Assembly (NCBI GenBank): GCA_965202585.1
Contig: OZ241830.1
Coordinates: 67,518,001 to 67,582,000 of the forward strand
Source of the DNA: Thalia democratica
Taxonomy: Eukaryota
Direction: 5' to 3'
DNA: 64,000 nucleotides
Positions 12,389 to 23,468 of this stretch are shown piece by piece. The first letter of the stretch is position 1, and each line of letters begins with the position of its first letter. The position numbers and the translations under genes are program-made. The notes beneath the pieces were generated by a model. It was not told the DNA's origin. It did no database searches and was given only the letters and a program-made list of their open reading frames with translations.

Positions 12389-14977
12389 CTTTAACTTAAC
12401 TAGAAGTTATAAGATATCACAGACTAATTTCACTCTCCAGTGTATGAAAAATAGAAATCTTTGCAATCATTGTATGTAGGAGATTTATGTAATTTAGATA
12501 GAAACAGTGCTCTAAAGTTTTACATTTCCCATTTACGTCTTAGTTTGTATAAATAAGTTTGGGTCATCATTTAAACTAGACACCAACAAATTACTGTTTT
12601 TGTCCACAATCTTCTATTAATTTTGTGATATTTTCAACGTTTACTTACACACAATTATTACGTCATAACCCGGTAGTTTCATACAGTATAAACTTAGTAA
12701 TTTTTAATAACACTATAATATATGCATACTATGTATTGGATTGTAGATTATTAAGTTTTGTTTTAAATTGCTCTATATTTTTAAGCTAAGTAAAGCTTAT
12801 ACATTAATTAATACAGACATAAAAAATATTGCATAAAGTGTATCAAATTAAACTAATAGATTTAAATATTAATGGCAATCAACTCTCAATTTTTTTTTTA
12901 TTGCTGCGTTTAACTATATACATAATGGCAGTTACCAGCTCTGTACTTTTAATAAATTAGAACAAATACCGTTACGCCAACTAATTCTTCTTTTGAGGTA
13001 ATTATCTTTAGTTATTTTTCAACTAAAATTGTTTGAAATTATTTTTAAGTTATGGTTTAGATTGGAAAAAAATTGTTGGATTAGGTGTCAATTGTTTTAT
13101 ATTCGTGATTAAATATACCTTATTCTAACAATATTGAAATTAGATCCAATTTTTCTTTTAGTTGGTAGTTCATTATTTTGTTCGTATTGTTGTAAAGTTA
13201 ATTAAAAGTTTGTTTAAAAAATGTTCTCTCTGGTTTCTCTAAAACTAAAAGCGTTTGTTTGTGAGTTTAAAACGTTGTTACATGTCTATTTTGTTGTTTC
13301 GTAACTTAATTCTACTTCTAGCCCACTACAGTCAATTATTATCAATCATCATCTTGTTGTGCTGGTTTGTATGATTATTTCAACTCTTTGTCTCAAACAA
13401 TACTTATTTAATCTTCAAGTAATGATTACAGTTAAAATATACTTCCTATTTAAAAGCTTTTTGAGTTATTAAGTTAGTTTCATGATCTATATCAATTTTA
13501 TTTAGGTATGCAAGCGTTACACGTGACTTTTTTAAACTGAGTGCATCTTAAACTAAAAATAGCTATTTTTTAAAAGCTTGAATATTATTATTATATTGTA
13601 AATATTCAATCCAGAAGCTATTTTAGTTTTGAGGTCTTATTTTGTTACCTTTGAAAGTAATTTTTGTAGTGCCATTTAGGAATTAGATACACATTCAGTT
13701 TCTAATAATAATAATCATATATATCATAATAATAAGCTCTAATCAAAATAACTATCAACTTTTAATATTTGATCTATAATTATCATCTTGTTCCGCTGTT
13801 TTATATGATTATTTCTAATGTTATGTTTTAAACTATTTACATTTAACTTTAAATGTTTAAGATTAAGCTGTTCATTTCAAGGTAACCTGCCAACTAGGTA
13901 CGCACTATGACCAACCAGCAGTGCTTACCTAGGTCTTTAATTTCGGTCTTTAACTACCTACATTCAACCTAACACAAACATGTTTATTATGTTTGTACAT
14001 TTAATAATATTTAAACAGTACTCTTTATTTATTAAACTAATACTTGTTTCTGTGAAATGTTAAAAGAAAATAAAGAAGTAGTACTGGTTGAATTTATTTT
14101 TATTATATTTTCCAGTGAACTTGTTTCGATAGGATCTTTATTAGCAAACGATTAACTTTAAATTTTAAATAGTTTATACATTTAGAAATATTTTCTTGTT
14201 TCTATCAAGTAGTAATTGCAACTCAAATAAACATTTCGATAAACCTAAAAACTGTTGATATTTTTAAATAGTGAAGACTTTTTGTCTATGTAAAATGAAT
14301 GGTAAAATTTGTCTCTTAACTGTAGAAATGCCTTACTTCTGCCTTACATTCTTTATTATCTTTTTTTTCATATACTAGTTTAAATATAGGTCAACTTAAT
14401 TCTTGTCATCAAAATTGTATTTTGAATTAAACTATGTCAAATTCTTTGGGAATTTTAATGTATTTAAATTCGGCCTTATAAAACCTGTTTAACTAATTTT
14501 ATATTTATCTCTACAGTTAGGACACTTCACTAAATTTCTCTGCTATACTCCTGCATGTAGATGTATACCGTAACTAACTCTTAACTAAAATAATTTATTG
14601 CTTTAAACAACAAGTCGTCTTTACATTAATACAACCTAACTATGTATCGACAAATAATATTTTTCATCTCGGTCTTTAAATGTAGATCATCAGTTTAGTT
14701 GTAGGTATAAAAATAAAACTTATTGGTTCACATTTTGTTATTAGTATTTTGATTTGGTGCAGCATTATTTATCTGTATTTGATATAGCTGTATTTTATTA
14801 CATTCCCTTAATATTTTTAAAATGAACTAATCTTCGAACTACAGTAAATTATTATTAATTTCTTATTAATTATCATCTTGTTGTGTTGGTTAGTATGATT
14901 GTTTAAATCTTATGTCTAAAGTACATTTTAGATAATGTTTCATGTTCTTTTGCTTTAGATTGCTCTATACTGTATAG

Positions 14978-15000
14978 AAGGGGTCGACAAACTGCGGCCC
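14978..15000 (+). mobile_element. hAT-type transposon terminus fragment (copy B 48557-48579)
   Basis: aaggggtcgacaaactgcggccc resembles the common hAT (Charlie/Tip100-like) end CAGGGGTCGGCAAACTNCGGCCC. The partner end was not found. Confidence 0.55.
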
Positions 15001-17065
15001 TCAAAACCAAAATTTTTTTTATACAGTATATTTCTTAGCTTTTCGTAAGTAGCGTACAAGATATTAAAGTTAAAGCTTTTTGATTTTTTGTCAAATTCAA
15101 ATACTATTTCAATAGCAATAATTAACCAGTAATTGTTTAATTGCACAATATTATTGTCCACCTTTATTCAGTTAAACTTGTCTCTATAATTCTTTATATT
15201 TATAATTTTTTTTTATTTCTTGATTTAATTGTACTTAAAAAAAAATTAGTTTAAAAGTGATTCCTGTACTATGTTTTACCCATGATTTTTTTTACCTTAA
15301 CAAACTAAAGTTAGATCCAGTAATATGTTTTTAGTTAACACTTCGTTGTTGTTCTGTAAAATAATTCTAAAGTTTATTTAAAAACTACTCTACGGGTTCT
15401 CTTTAGTTAATGATGTTTATTTATAAGTCTAGCTTATTATCGTACTTTTTTATTTCGTTGTTTAGTTCTGCTTCTTGCCCAAGATTAAGTAAAGACTGAA
15501 AATAATTTATATACTTTTATTTAAAATGTTTTTTATATGTCTTGGAAATCTTATATGGTTGTTAAAGGTAGGATAAATATTGATTTATAAATGAATAAAA
15601 CTCTTTGAATAAATTATACATTTCACTTTTAATGACATCAAAATTTGTAATTTTCGTTAACATATTATTTATTATAGCCGTAAAACTTGTTAAACTTTTG
15701 TTTAACCTGAACTAAAAGCATTTGTTTTTGAGATTTAATGCTGTTTCTTATTTAATTCTCTGACTATTGATAAGCATTCTTGTTTTACCAATTAACTAAA
15801 TGTTCTTTATTTCTCGTTCTAAAATGAAGTTCTGGGCTAAGTTTAAACATTGTATCAACTAATGATTTGTTTTACCTTCCTCTCAACAAAGTTAAAATTT
15901 GATTCATTCTTATAGTTTAGATAAGATTACTTTGTTTTCTTCTTATAGCTGTGAAATTGTTTAGAAAAATGTTTCTCTTGAAGTATAGGTTTGGTTCGTT
16001 GTTATAGTTTTAGTTTGTTGTTACGTAATTTAATTATACTTTTAGAAAAGTTAAGTAAAGACTAATGGTTTATTGTATCTAAACAACACTGAAATTTGAT
16101 TCGTTTTTATATTTTGGGTTGTAGTTTCATTGTTTTGTTCTTATTACTGTGAATTTTTTTTGCATTGCAAACAGCGTGTTATACTATTAAATAAGGTTGT
16201 TGGATGGTTTCTTTTTAAATAAGAATAACAGTTTAAAGCTGCACAACTTTTTGCTAATTTTCTGATGTATCTAACTTATGTCTCAAAGTCGTACTATTTT
16301 TTTGTATACACATATTTTTTGTTGAGAAACAGAATATTTTTTTTTATCTTAACCACAAAATCGCAAAATATAACTAGTTTGAATTTTAGTTAATCATTTA
16401 ATAACCTAAAGCTTTACAAAATTTAATTGGTGTTGTTATATCATATTTTCTTACACCTGTATTTCTTACTTCATGTTTATAAGTATAGTTATAGGGTTTT
16501 TAACTGAGTTTTAACTTAGATCTTAAAACTTGTTTAGTTATTTAAACACTTATTGTAATTTTCTTTGGAGTACCTTACTGTTTATTTGTTTGATGATTTC
16601 ATATTTAGTATTTATTTGTAAATGTGTCTGATATTCTTTAGTACGACGAATTATACTCCTATTATGATATTTTGAACTTTTTTAAGCCTGTAAAAGTGTT
16701 TAAGCCTTTTTTTCAGTTATGAGGCTTTTATAATATTAACTTTACTTTCTTCATCAAACTGAACATGTTATTTTATTATAGTTACTCATTTTTATGATAC
16801 TGTTAATGGTTTACAGGTTATAGGAATCTTAACTTAATTCCTCTAATGAGTTGTCATACTTAATTTATCAAGTTTGTTTTGCATTTTCTTAATTTTGCTT
16901 AAAAACTTAGTTTAACTTTTATATTGAAGATAAATTGAATTTCTGAAATATTAGAGTATTTTTATTCGTTTAAATTTGTTTTCTTAACTGAGGTACTTTT
17001 CTAAATTTGCAGTTATCTTATAAGTACTGAAACATAGTTTGTTAAACCTTATTTTTAATTAATGT

Positions 17066-18300
17066 GTATATGTCACGCCAAACTCCTGTAAGTAGAATAT
17101 TAGAATAACCGTCGTTTTTAAAAAACATAACCTTATTGTATTGCTATTTTAAAATCTTAAACTTCAGCAAAGTTTAATAATGAAAAGTAGAGTTAATATT
17201 TTTTTTTTCTTAACATTTTGATTTGTTCTTCTTAATAAATTGTTAAAATCTCTCGGTGTTCAGATTTCAATCCAGACTATAAAACTTAAAACATTAAAAA
17301 AAACGTAAGTGCACTAAATAACAAAATTGTAAGACATCAACAGTGATGTACAGAAAATGTAGTACAAAAGTTTTCAATTTGTAATAAGAATTTTGTTTGG
17401 TTTCGGCATAAGCCCATCAAATCACCTATTTTGTTAACTTTTTATCTGTTCAACTACAGTTAAGTTGTAGTTTAAATATAGTTTGAAGCTTTCTCTACCT
17501 TTTTTAGACTTTTTTCTGATTAAGTACTATGCATTTTTCAGCTTTAATTTTGTTTTTTACGTACTTTTCAAAGTTTTGTAGTCTGGCTTACTTTTATATG
17601 TTGTTAATTTTGTTCAGATTAATTTTTTGTATCCTTAAAGTTAGGAAAAATAGCTTAAATCACATCATGTCACGCCAAGCAAACTCCTTGGCTTAAAATA
17701 TAATTATATATAGTTTTTGATTCTAACTGTTTCTTTATTGGTAAAAATATTATTTCAAAGTTTAGTTTTATTTTTACTCGAGTTTCTAGAAGCTAACGCC
17801 GTTTTTAACAGTGAAATCCCTTACTTTATTGCTGATTTAAAAACTAAAACTCTCTTGTTCAAAAGTGAATGGTAGAGTTGCTATTTTTTTATGATATTTT
17901 AATTAACTGTTCAGATATTTGTCTATAATGTAAAATTACTAAACAAAATATTTGAAATAAGTTACGTTTGTTCAAAAAAAAACACTAAAAACCCAAGTTG
18001 TATAACAACAACAGTAATATACAGAAAAAGTAATACCAAAGTTTATTCCCATGTACTTTTAAGTTTTTCTAATTTGTAATAAGAATTATGTTTGGTGTCG
18101 CCATAAGCCTATAAACTCCTTTTGTTTATGTAGTTTTCTTATTTAAGTTTACCTTAAAACATAGTTAGCTTTCTTTGCCTGCTTTTTTGGTTGATTTTTC
18201 TATTTTCACCACTAATTTCCTTTTCTTACTTGCGTGAACGTACTTTTGATAGTTTTGTTTTCTGGGTTGCTTTATTGTGTTGCCATACTATGTTGATTTT
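17066..18300. repeat. Old diverged tandem duplication, offset ~600-690 bp (copy B ~50645-51880)
   Basis: Collinear anchors: atgtcacgcca (17070/17667), tgtaataagaatt (~17380/~18074), cataagcc, and tactttt..agttttgt (~17563/~18241). Confidence 0.75.
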
Positions 18301-20697
18301 GTTTCACACAATAAATTTGTTGGTCATGTATTTTTATTTTGATACATAAATGACATATTTATTTCTTAAAACAATAATTTTTATTTGTGCAGTTACAAGT
18401 TTTGTTCTTACCTTTGTTTTATTTTTGTTTGCATTCAACATTATTTTTATATCTTTCTCAGGTTCTATTGTATGTTTTTGAAAACTTTATTTCTTGTATT
18501 AACCATATCTCATTTGTTGTCGAATATACGTTGTAAATTAAGCTTGAGTTATTTTTTTGTACATCTTAAAGCCATTTTATAATCTTTTTTGTACTTTTTG
18601 ATTTTAGATACTCTTAAGCTTTAATTTGACAACTTCTGAGATTTTTATGTTTTCAATCTCGTTAAATATTGAAATCATATCTGTGATAAATCAGTAATTA
18701 GTTTGTTGTGCTTTCTAAAGATTTTTGTTCTTAAATTAATTTAAACTATAAGTTTTTAAAACACTTAATTACTGCCATCATATAATGAGCAAGTATTTAA
18801 AATACAAAGTTTCATATTCAAACTGTGGTTTCTAGTATTATAAACTGGATATTTATTACAAATTATGTATATTTGTAGTAAATAATCCTGATATTATACT
18901 CCAAATCAAGTTCAACAATACTATGGAACTAATTCAGAGTGACATTGTTGTTTTACGTTGTTGCTAAAGGTTTCTTGAATTAATCTTATTTGTACGTTGT
19001 ATCGTCGCCTGTTAGAATTCCATGTCTAAAACAATTTTTATTTTGTGTAATTTGCATTAGTTTTTTGCCTAAAATATAACAAGTTTAAATACACTATTTT
19101 AGGGTTTTTGTAGCCGTTTAGATTTCACTTTACTTTGCTTTTGCTAAAAAGTTTAATTGAATTACTATAATCAGCTGAGTAACTTTTTTTTTGTATATAT
19201 GCTAACTGTCACTTTTTTACATCTTTCAAAAATACGTAGAATATTTAATAATTCTTTGATTACTGATTGAGGTTTATATTCAACACGCTCGATATAGTTT
19301 TTACAATGTGTTGTGGATATTAGTAACAATTGCCAATGGACCATAACTTTTTATCTTAACTAATGTTTAAAAACTTGGTCTTAGTTTTATTTTCACTGCT
19401 TATAAAATGATTATTTTATCATTAAAATTAATCTTAGATCTTTATTTGAATTCATTTTATGTACCACGTTCTTATGCAATTTTTTTAACAAATCCAAAAA
19501 AGAGAATTTCTTGTAAACTGTGTCCAGTATACAAAATTAGGAAAATATAGAATACTAAGTAGAGTGACGTAATAATTAGAAATGACATCATGATTGATAG
19601 TATACTAGTTTTAATAGTATCTAGCTTGTATTAATACTAAAAAAACTTATAAGTTTTCCAACATTTGGAGAAATACTTGACATATGTATAGCCTGACAAC
19701 TGTGCTACATTTTACTAAATACGACAGTTAATAAAAACCTCATTTAGATAAAACAAGTACTGTTAAGTAAGGTTGCCATATTTTTAAAAATTGATTTTGT
19801 ACTAATTTCGAATACGTTTGGTTTTAGATGATTGAATTCTGGCAACTACGCTTTAAAGCTTCAACTTGAAAGTTTTGGTTTGTTGCCTATGTTGCCTAAA
19901 AATAATAGTCGAGTTGAATATCTATTTATTTTTGTCAAGATAGTTAAAAGTTACTTTTTTTGTTGAAACCTTTTTTCGTTTAAACCTTTAGCAAAATTAT
20001 ACTTATTTCCGATAGGGAGAGCTAGTTCTTACGAATTTTAGAACATTGTGAAACAATGTGAACAGTCTAACAGCCATTCAGTTTTTAATAACTGCAATTG
20101 TACTACACCTGATGAGTTTGTAATTCAACAGCTTCTGTTTTTATTGATTATGTTAACCTAATATACTCCTATTAGTTTTATAAGGTTAAGAGTCACTTAT
20201 AAGTTTTAAACGATAGTTTTTATGAGTAACTAACTAGTACATTTTATATTCAAGCTAACTATAACTTTAGCTGTTAAACTATGAATTATAGTTAAAAATA
20301 TTATTATATCAATAGCTGACTTATACTAACAGTTTTTAAATGATTAAAATATACTTTAAGAGGCTGACCCTGTTTTCCATTTGTTTTAATTCTTATTTTA
20401 AATCAGTATTTAGTTTATATTTGTTCATAATTAAAGTTTTCAATATTATAAGTGTTCAAGTCCGCACACCGGCACGATTTTTGGTAGAGATTAACTGTTT
20501 TTTTAAATTGATATTCTGTGAGCTATTATAAAAATAAGATAATAAACAATAAAACAACTTTGTTACTATGATAAAGATCATGTAAAGATTGAAATATTGT
20601 AAACAATATTGTAGTTTAACAAATGTTATCAAATTCAACTCGTGATCTCGGAGTATATTCAGTATATTGATTTGCTTTTTTCTTTTGGGCTTATGTA

Positions 20698-20883
20698 TCA
20701 ACTGAGCTTGATGTACTCCAGGCTACTTAGGTCTCTAGCTTTATTTGAAACCACCTCTGAAAGAGATTCGGCAGTTTCGACAGGAGCCAGACTCGCAATA
20801 GCTTCGGGCCCATCTTTATCTTTAGTTGCTACCTCTGTCTGCGACCGAGTGCGAGAGGGTTTAAGAGCTAATAGCCTCTTCAT
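20698..20883 (-). CDS. Short ORF, possibly the surviving N-terminus of the first gene of the relic (copy B 54277-54462)
   Basis: ATG in an aaaATG context; GC-richer than its surroundings; plausible soluble peptide MKRLLALKPSRTRSQTEVATKDKDGPEA... No family recognised. Confidence 0.35.
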   Translation of the reverse strand: MKRLLALKPSRTRSQTEVATKDKDGPEAIASLAPVETAESLSEVVSNKARDLSSLEYIKLS

Positions 20884-21400
20884 TTTACTTATAAGATTAG
20901 TTTAAATATAGACTAACAAGTATCTATATGCTTTATTATACAACAAAATAAAAGGCACATTAAGAAGTGTTTACTACTTTCTAAGGCTTCTTGCAGTTCG
21001 CGATTCTAGTTGTGCTGTAACAAATGGTTGCTCGTACAGTTTACTGGTTCAGAACGTAGGGACTTATACTTCCTCGTTGACACCGGCTGAAGAGCGCGCG
21101 AGATGAAAAGATACAATATTGAAATTAAGAAGAGAAAGATAGATGCAATAAGTTTATGCCACCGAATGTGTGGGCTTATACGTAGAGTTCAATGTTCAAA
21201 TTGACCCAAACTGGAATTTGTTGCTGGAGGACAGTTTGTCTGCTACAGTATGAGTAAACTTATGAGTATGGCACGTTAACAACTCAAATCGACGTTGCTA
21301 AAGTAGGAATACAAAATGTGTATAGAACAAGGTATAAAAACTACGAAGTTATGAAGTAAAGTACAAAGTAAATGTTTTAAAAAATAAAATACTTGAATAA

Positions 21401-21530
21401 GAAGGTTTTGGCGGAGATCATCTAGATTTTCCAAGATGGCAGCTTATGCTCAAAGCGTCAAGAGAGGTTTTGACGAGGATCAGCTAGATTTCCAAAATGG
21501 CGGCTTACGCTCAAAGCGCTAAGTGACGTG
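21401..21530 (+). promoter_or_regulatory. Two ~62-bp GC-rich monomers with YY1-like motifs, followed by a TGACGT (CRE-like) site (copy B 54980-55109)
   Basis: ggttttg..gatca.ctagatttccaa(g/a)atggc(a/g)gctta(t/c)gctcaaagcg occurs twice. CAAGATGGC and AAAATGGCGGC match the YY1 consensus. Confidence 0.45.
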
Positions 21531-22131
21531 AAGCTGCTTTCTTCTTGACATGAAGTCGGTAAAACTTGCTATTTCATTCGCTCGGCTGCTTATGTACACC
21601 TCGATTAAATAACTGATTCCTCATGATCAAGTTCCACATGATAAATATACTAATCATTATGAATATAAAGTTTAATTTACCTCAAGTTAAACAATTTACG
21701 AAATACCCCATAATCAAGTATCACAAAATATACTTGAAATTTAAATTAAATTACAAACGAGATTCATTCAAATTGCACCAGGCATTATTTTTTTGATAAC
21801 AGTATACTAATCATTATGAATATAATGTTTAATTTAGACCTTAAGTTAAACGAATTACGAGAAGCTCAACAATCAAGTATCACAAAGTATAACTAAAATT
21901 CAAATTAAATTACAAACGAGATTCATTCAAATTGCTATGAGCACATTTTTATAATAACGTAAATCACGTGAAAGTATTGTGTTAGACAAACAATAGTTTT
22001 TTTGTAAGTATATTTGAAATGAAAAGTACAATAACCATTTATAATATAGTTATTTTTAAATTAACTTACTTTAAATTAAAGTTTTTTGTTAACGTATTAT
22101 TGAAGATTTATGTTTGAATAAGATTTATTAT

Positions 22132-22174
22132 TTAAGCGCTGACGAGGTTTTTGACCAAAACATAGTTTGCATGA
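22132..22174 (+). pseudogene. Degenerate hammerhead paralog (copy B 55711-55753)
   Basis: Same motif, but the core GAAA reads AAAA (position 22157). Confidence 0.6.
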
Positions 22175-23425
22175 TATAATCTTGAAAGAACAAATACATT
22201 ATTTCTCTTCTAGTAGTTAAGATCTCTTTATTTGTTTTATAAAAATCGAAGCATATAATATTATATTAACATTATATACTAGCGTTGAGGATCAATTTAA
22301 AATTGATGTGTAATTCAGCAATTATTAAGCTGTTCTGTGAGCGGGAGGTTGTGAGATAGAGTCCACTATTCACAGTTTGACCCTTCGTGCAATTTAGACC
22401 CGTTCCCAAAATAACTACGTACAACTTGGCTTAAATGTAACTAAAAACATTGAAAATAGAAATCAATAGTGTTATTGGTAAATCTTCAGACACTTTCTCT
22501 CGTTTAACTGCACTAGTTTAAAACATACCAGTTAGCTATAAATCTTTTGCACAGCAGTTTTGTTAAAATGTTCGAAATTCATATAAAACGAACTTAAACT
22601 GTCAAAGTAATGGTTTATAAGGTCGATCAAAACATTAAAATCAAATTTGATATTTTTTAGGTAATAAAATTTTTTAGAGACATATAAAACACTCGTAAAA
22701 CTTTTGTAAAACATATATTTATTACTTTGAAAATAATTTTAAGCACACGTTTATTATTATATTTTTTTGATAAAAATTTACTAACCATTATAAATATAAA
22801 GTTTAATTTACCTCAAGTTAAACAATTTACAAGATACCCCATTATCAAGTATCACAAATAAACTTGAAATTTAAATTAAATTACAAACGAGATTCATTAA
22901 AATTACTTTAAGCAAATTTTTTTTAATAAAAATATACTAATAAAAATATACTAATAATTACAAATATAAAGTTTTATTTAGACCTCAAGTTAATTCAATT
23001 ACGAGAAGCTGAAACAATCAAGCATCACAAAAAAAACTTGAAGTTTAAATTAGATTACAAACGAGATTCATTCAAATTGTTTTAAGCACAATTTCTTGAT
23101 AGAAATATACTAATCATTATAAGTATAAAGTTCAATTTAGATCTCAAGTTAAACGAATTACGAGAAGCTCGACAATCAAGCATCACAAAAAAAAACTTGA
23201 AATTTCAATTAAATTACAAACAAGATTGATTCAAATTGCTTTGAACACATTTTTATAATAACGTAAAAGTGTTGTGTTAGACAAACAATTGTTTTTTTGT
23301 AAGTATATTTGAAATGAAAAGTACAATAACCATTTATAATATAGTTATTTTTAAATTAATTTACTCTAAATAAAGTTTTTTTTTAACGTATGATTGAATT
23401 ATTATGTTTGAATAAGATTTATTAT

Positions 23426-23468
23426 TTAAGCGCTGACGAGGTTTTTGACCGAAACATAGTTTGCATAA
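23426..23468 (+). ncRNA. Minimal type I hammerhead ribozyme (Penelope/retrozyme-like)
   Basis: ttaagcg-CTGACGA-ggt(ttttg)acc-GAAA-c(ata)g-TT-tgcataa. The core is complete, with a 3-bp stem II, a minimal stem III, a GUU cleavage triplet, and a stem I with 6 of 7 pairs (one G-U). Confidence 0.7.

Larger units (their letters stand above)
12400..21100 (-). mobile_element. Decayed ~8.7-kb multi-gene insertion of unknown class (copy B ~45980-54680)
   Basis: Visibly T-rich on the plus strand (A-rich on minus), with internal degenerate repeats and one intact GC-richer ATG ORF at its right end. No RT, integrase, polB or capsid motif recognised. Confidence 0.4.

Noticed and set aside
18074-18110. YGDT peptide suggesting a family B DNA polymerase
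   Set aside because: It reads YGDTKH rather than YGDTDS, the paralogous unit has YAET, and no other polB motifs were found.
12400-20700. Alternative genetic code (TAR=Gln or TGA=Trp) or RIP-like hypermutation explaining the stops
   Set aside because: All three stop types occur at roughly background frequency, and the host genes use the standard code. This cannot be supported without a consensus.
20884-21110. BEL/Gypsy LTR with PBS, or a baculovirus-type ATAAG late promoter
   Set aside because: No matching second LTR, PBS or pol motifs; ATAAG is too frequent in AT-rich DNA to be informative.
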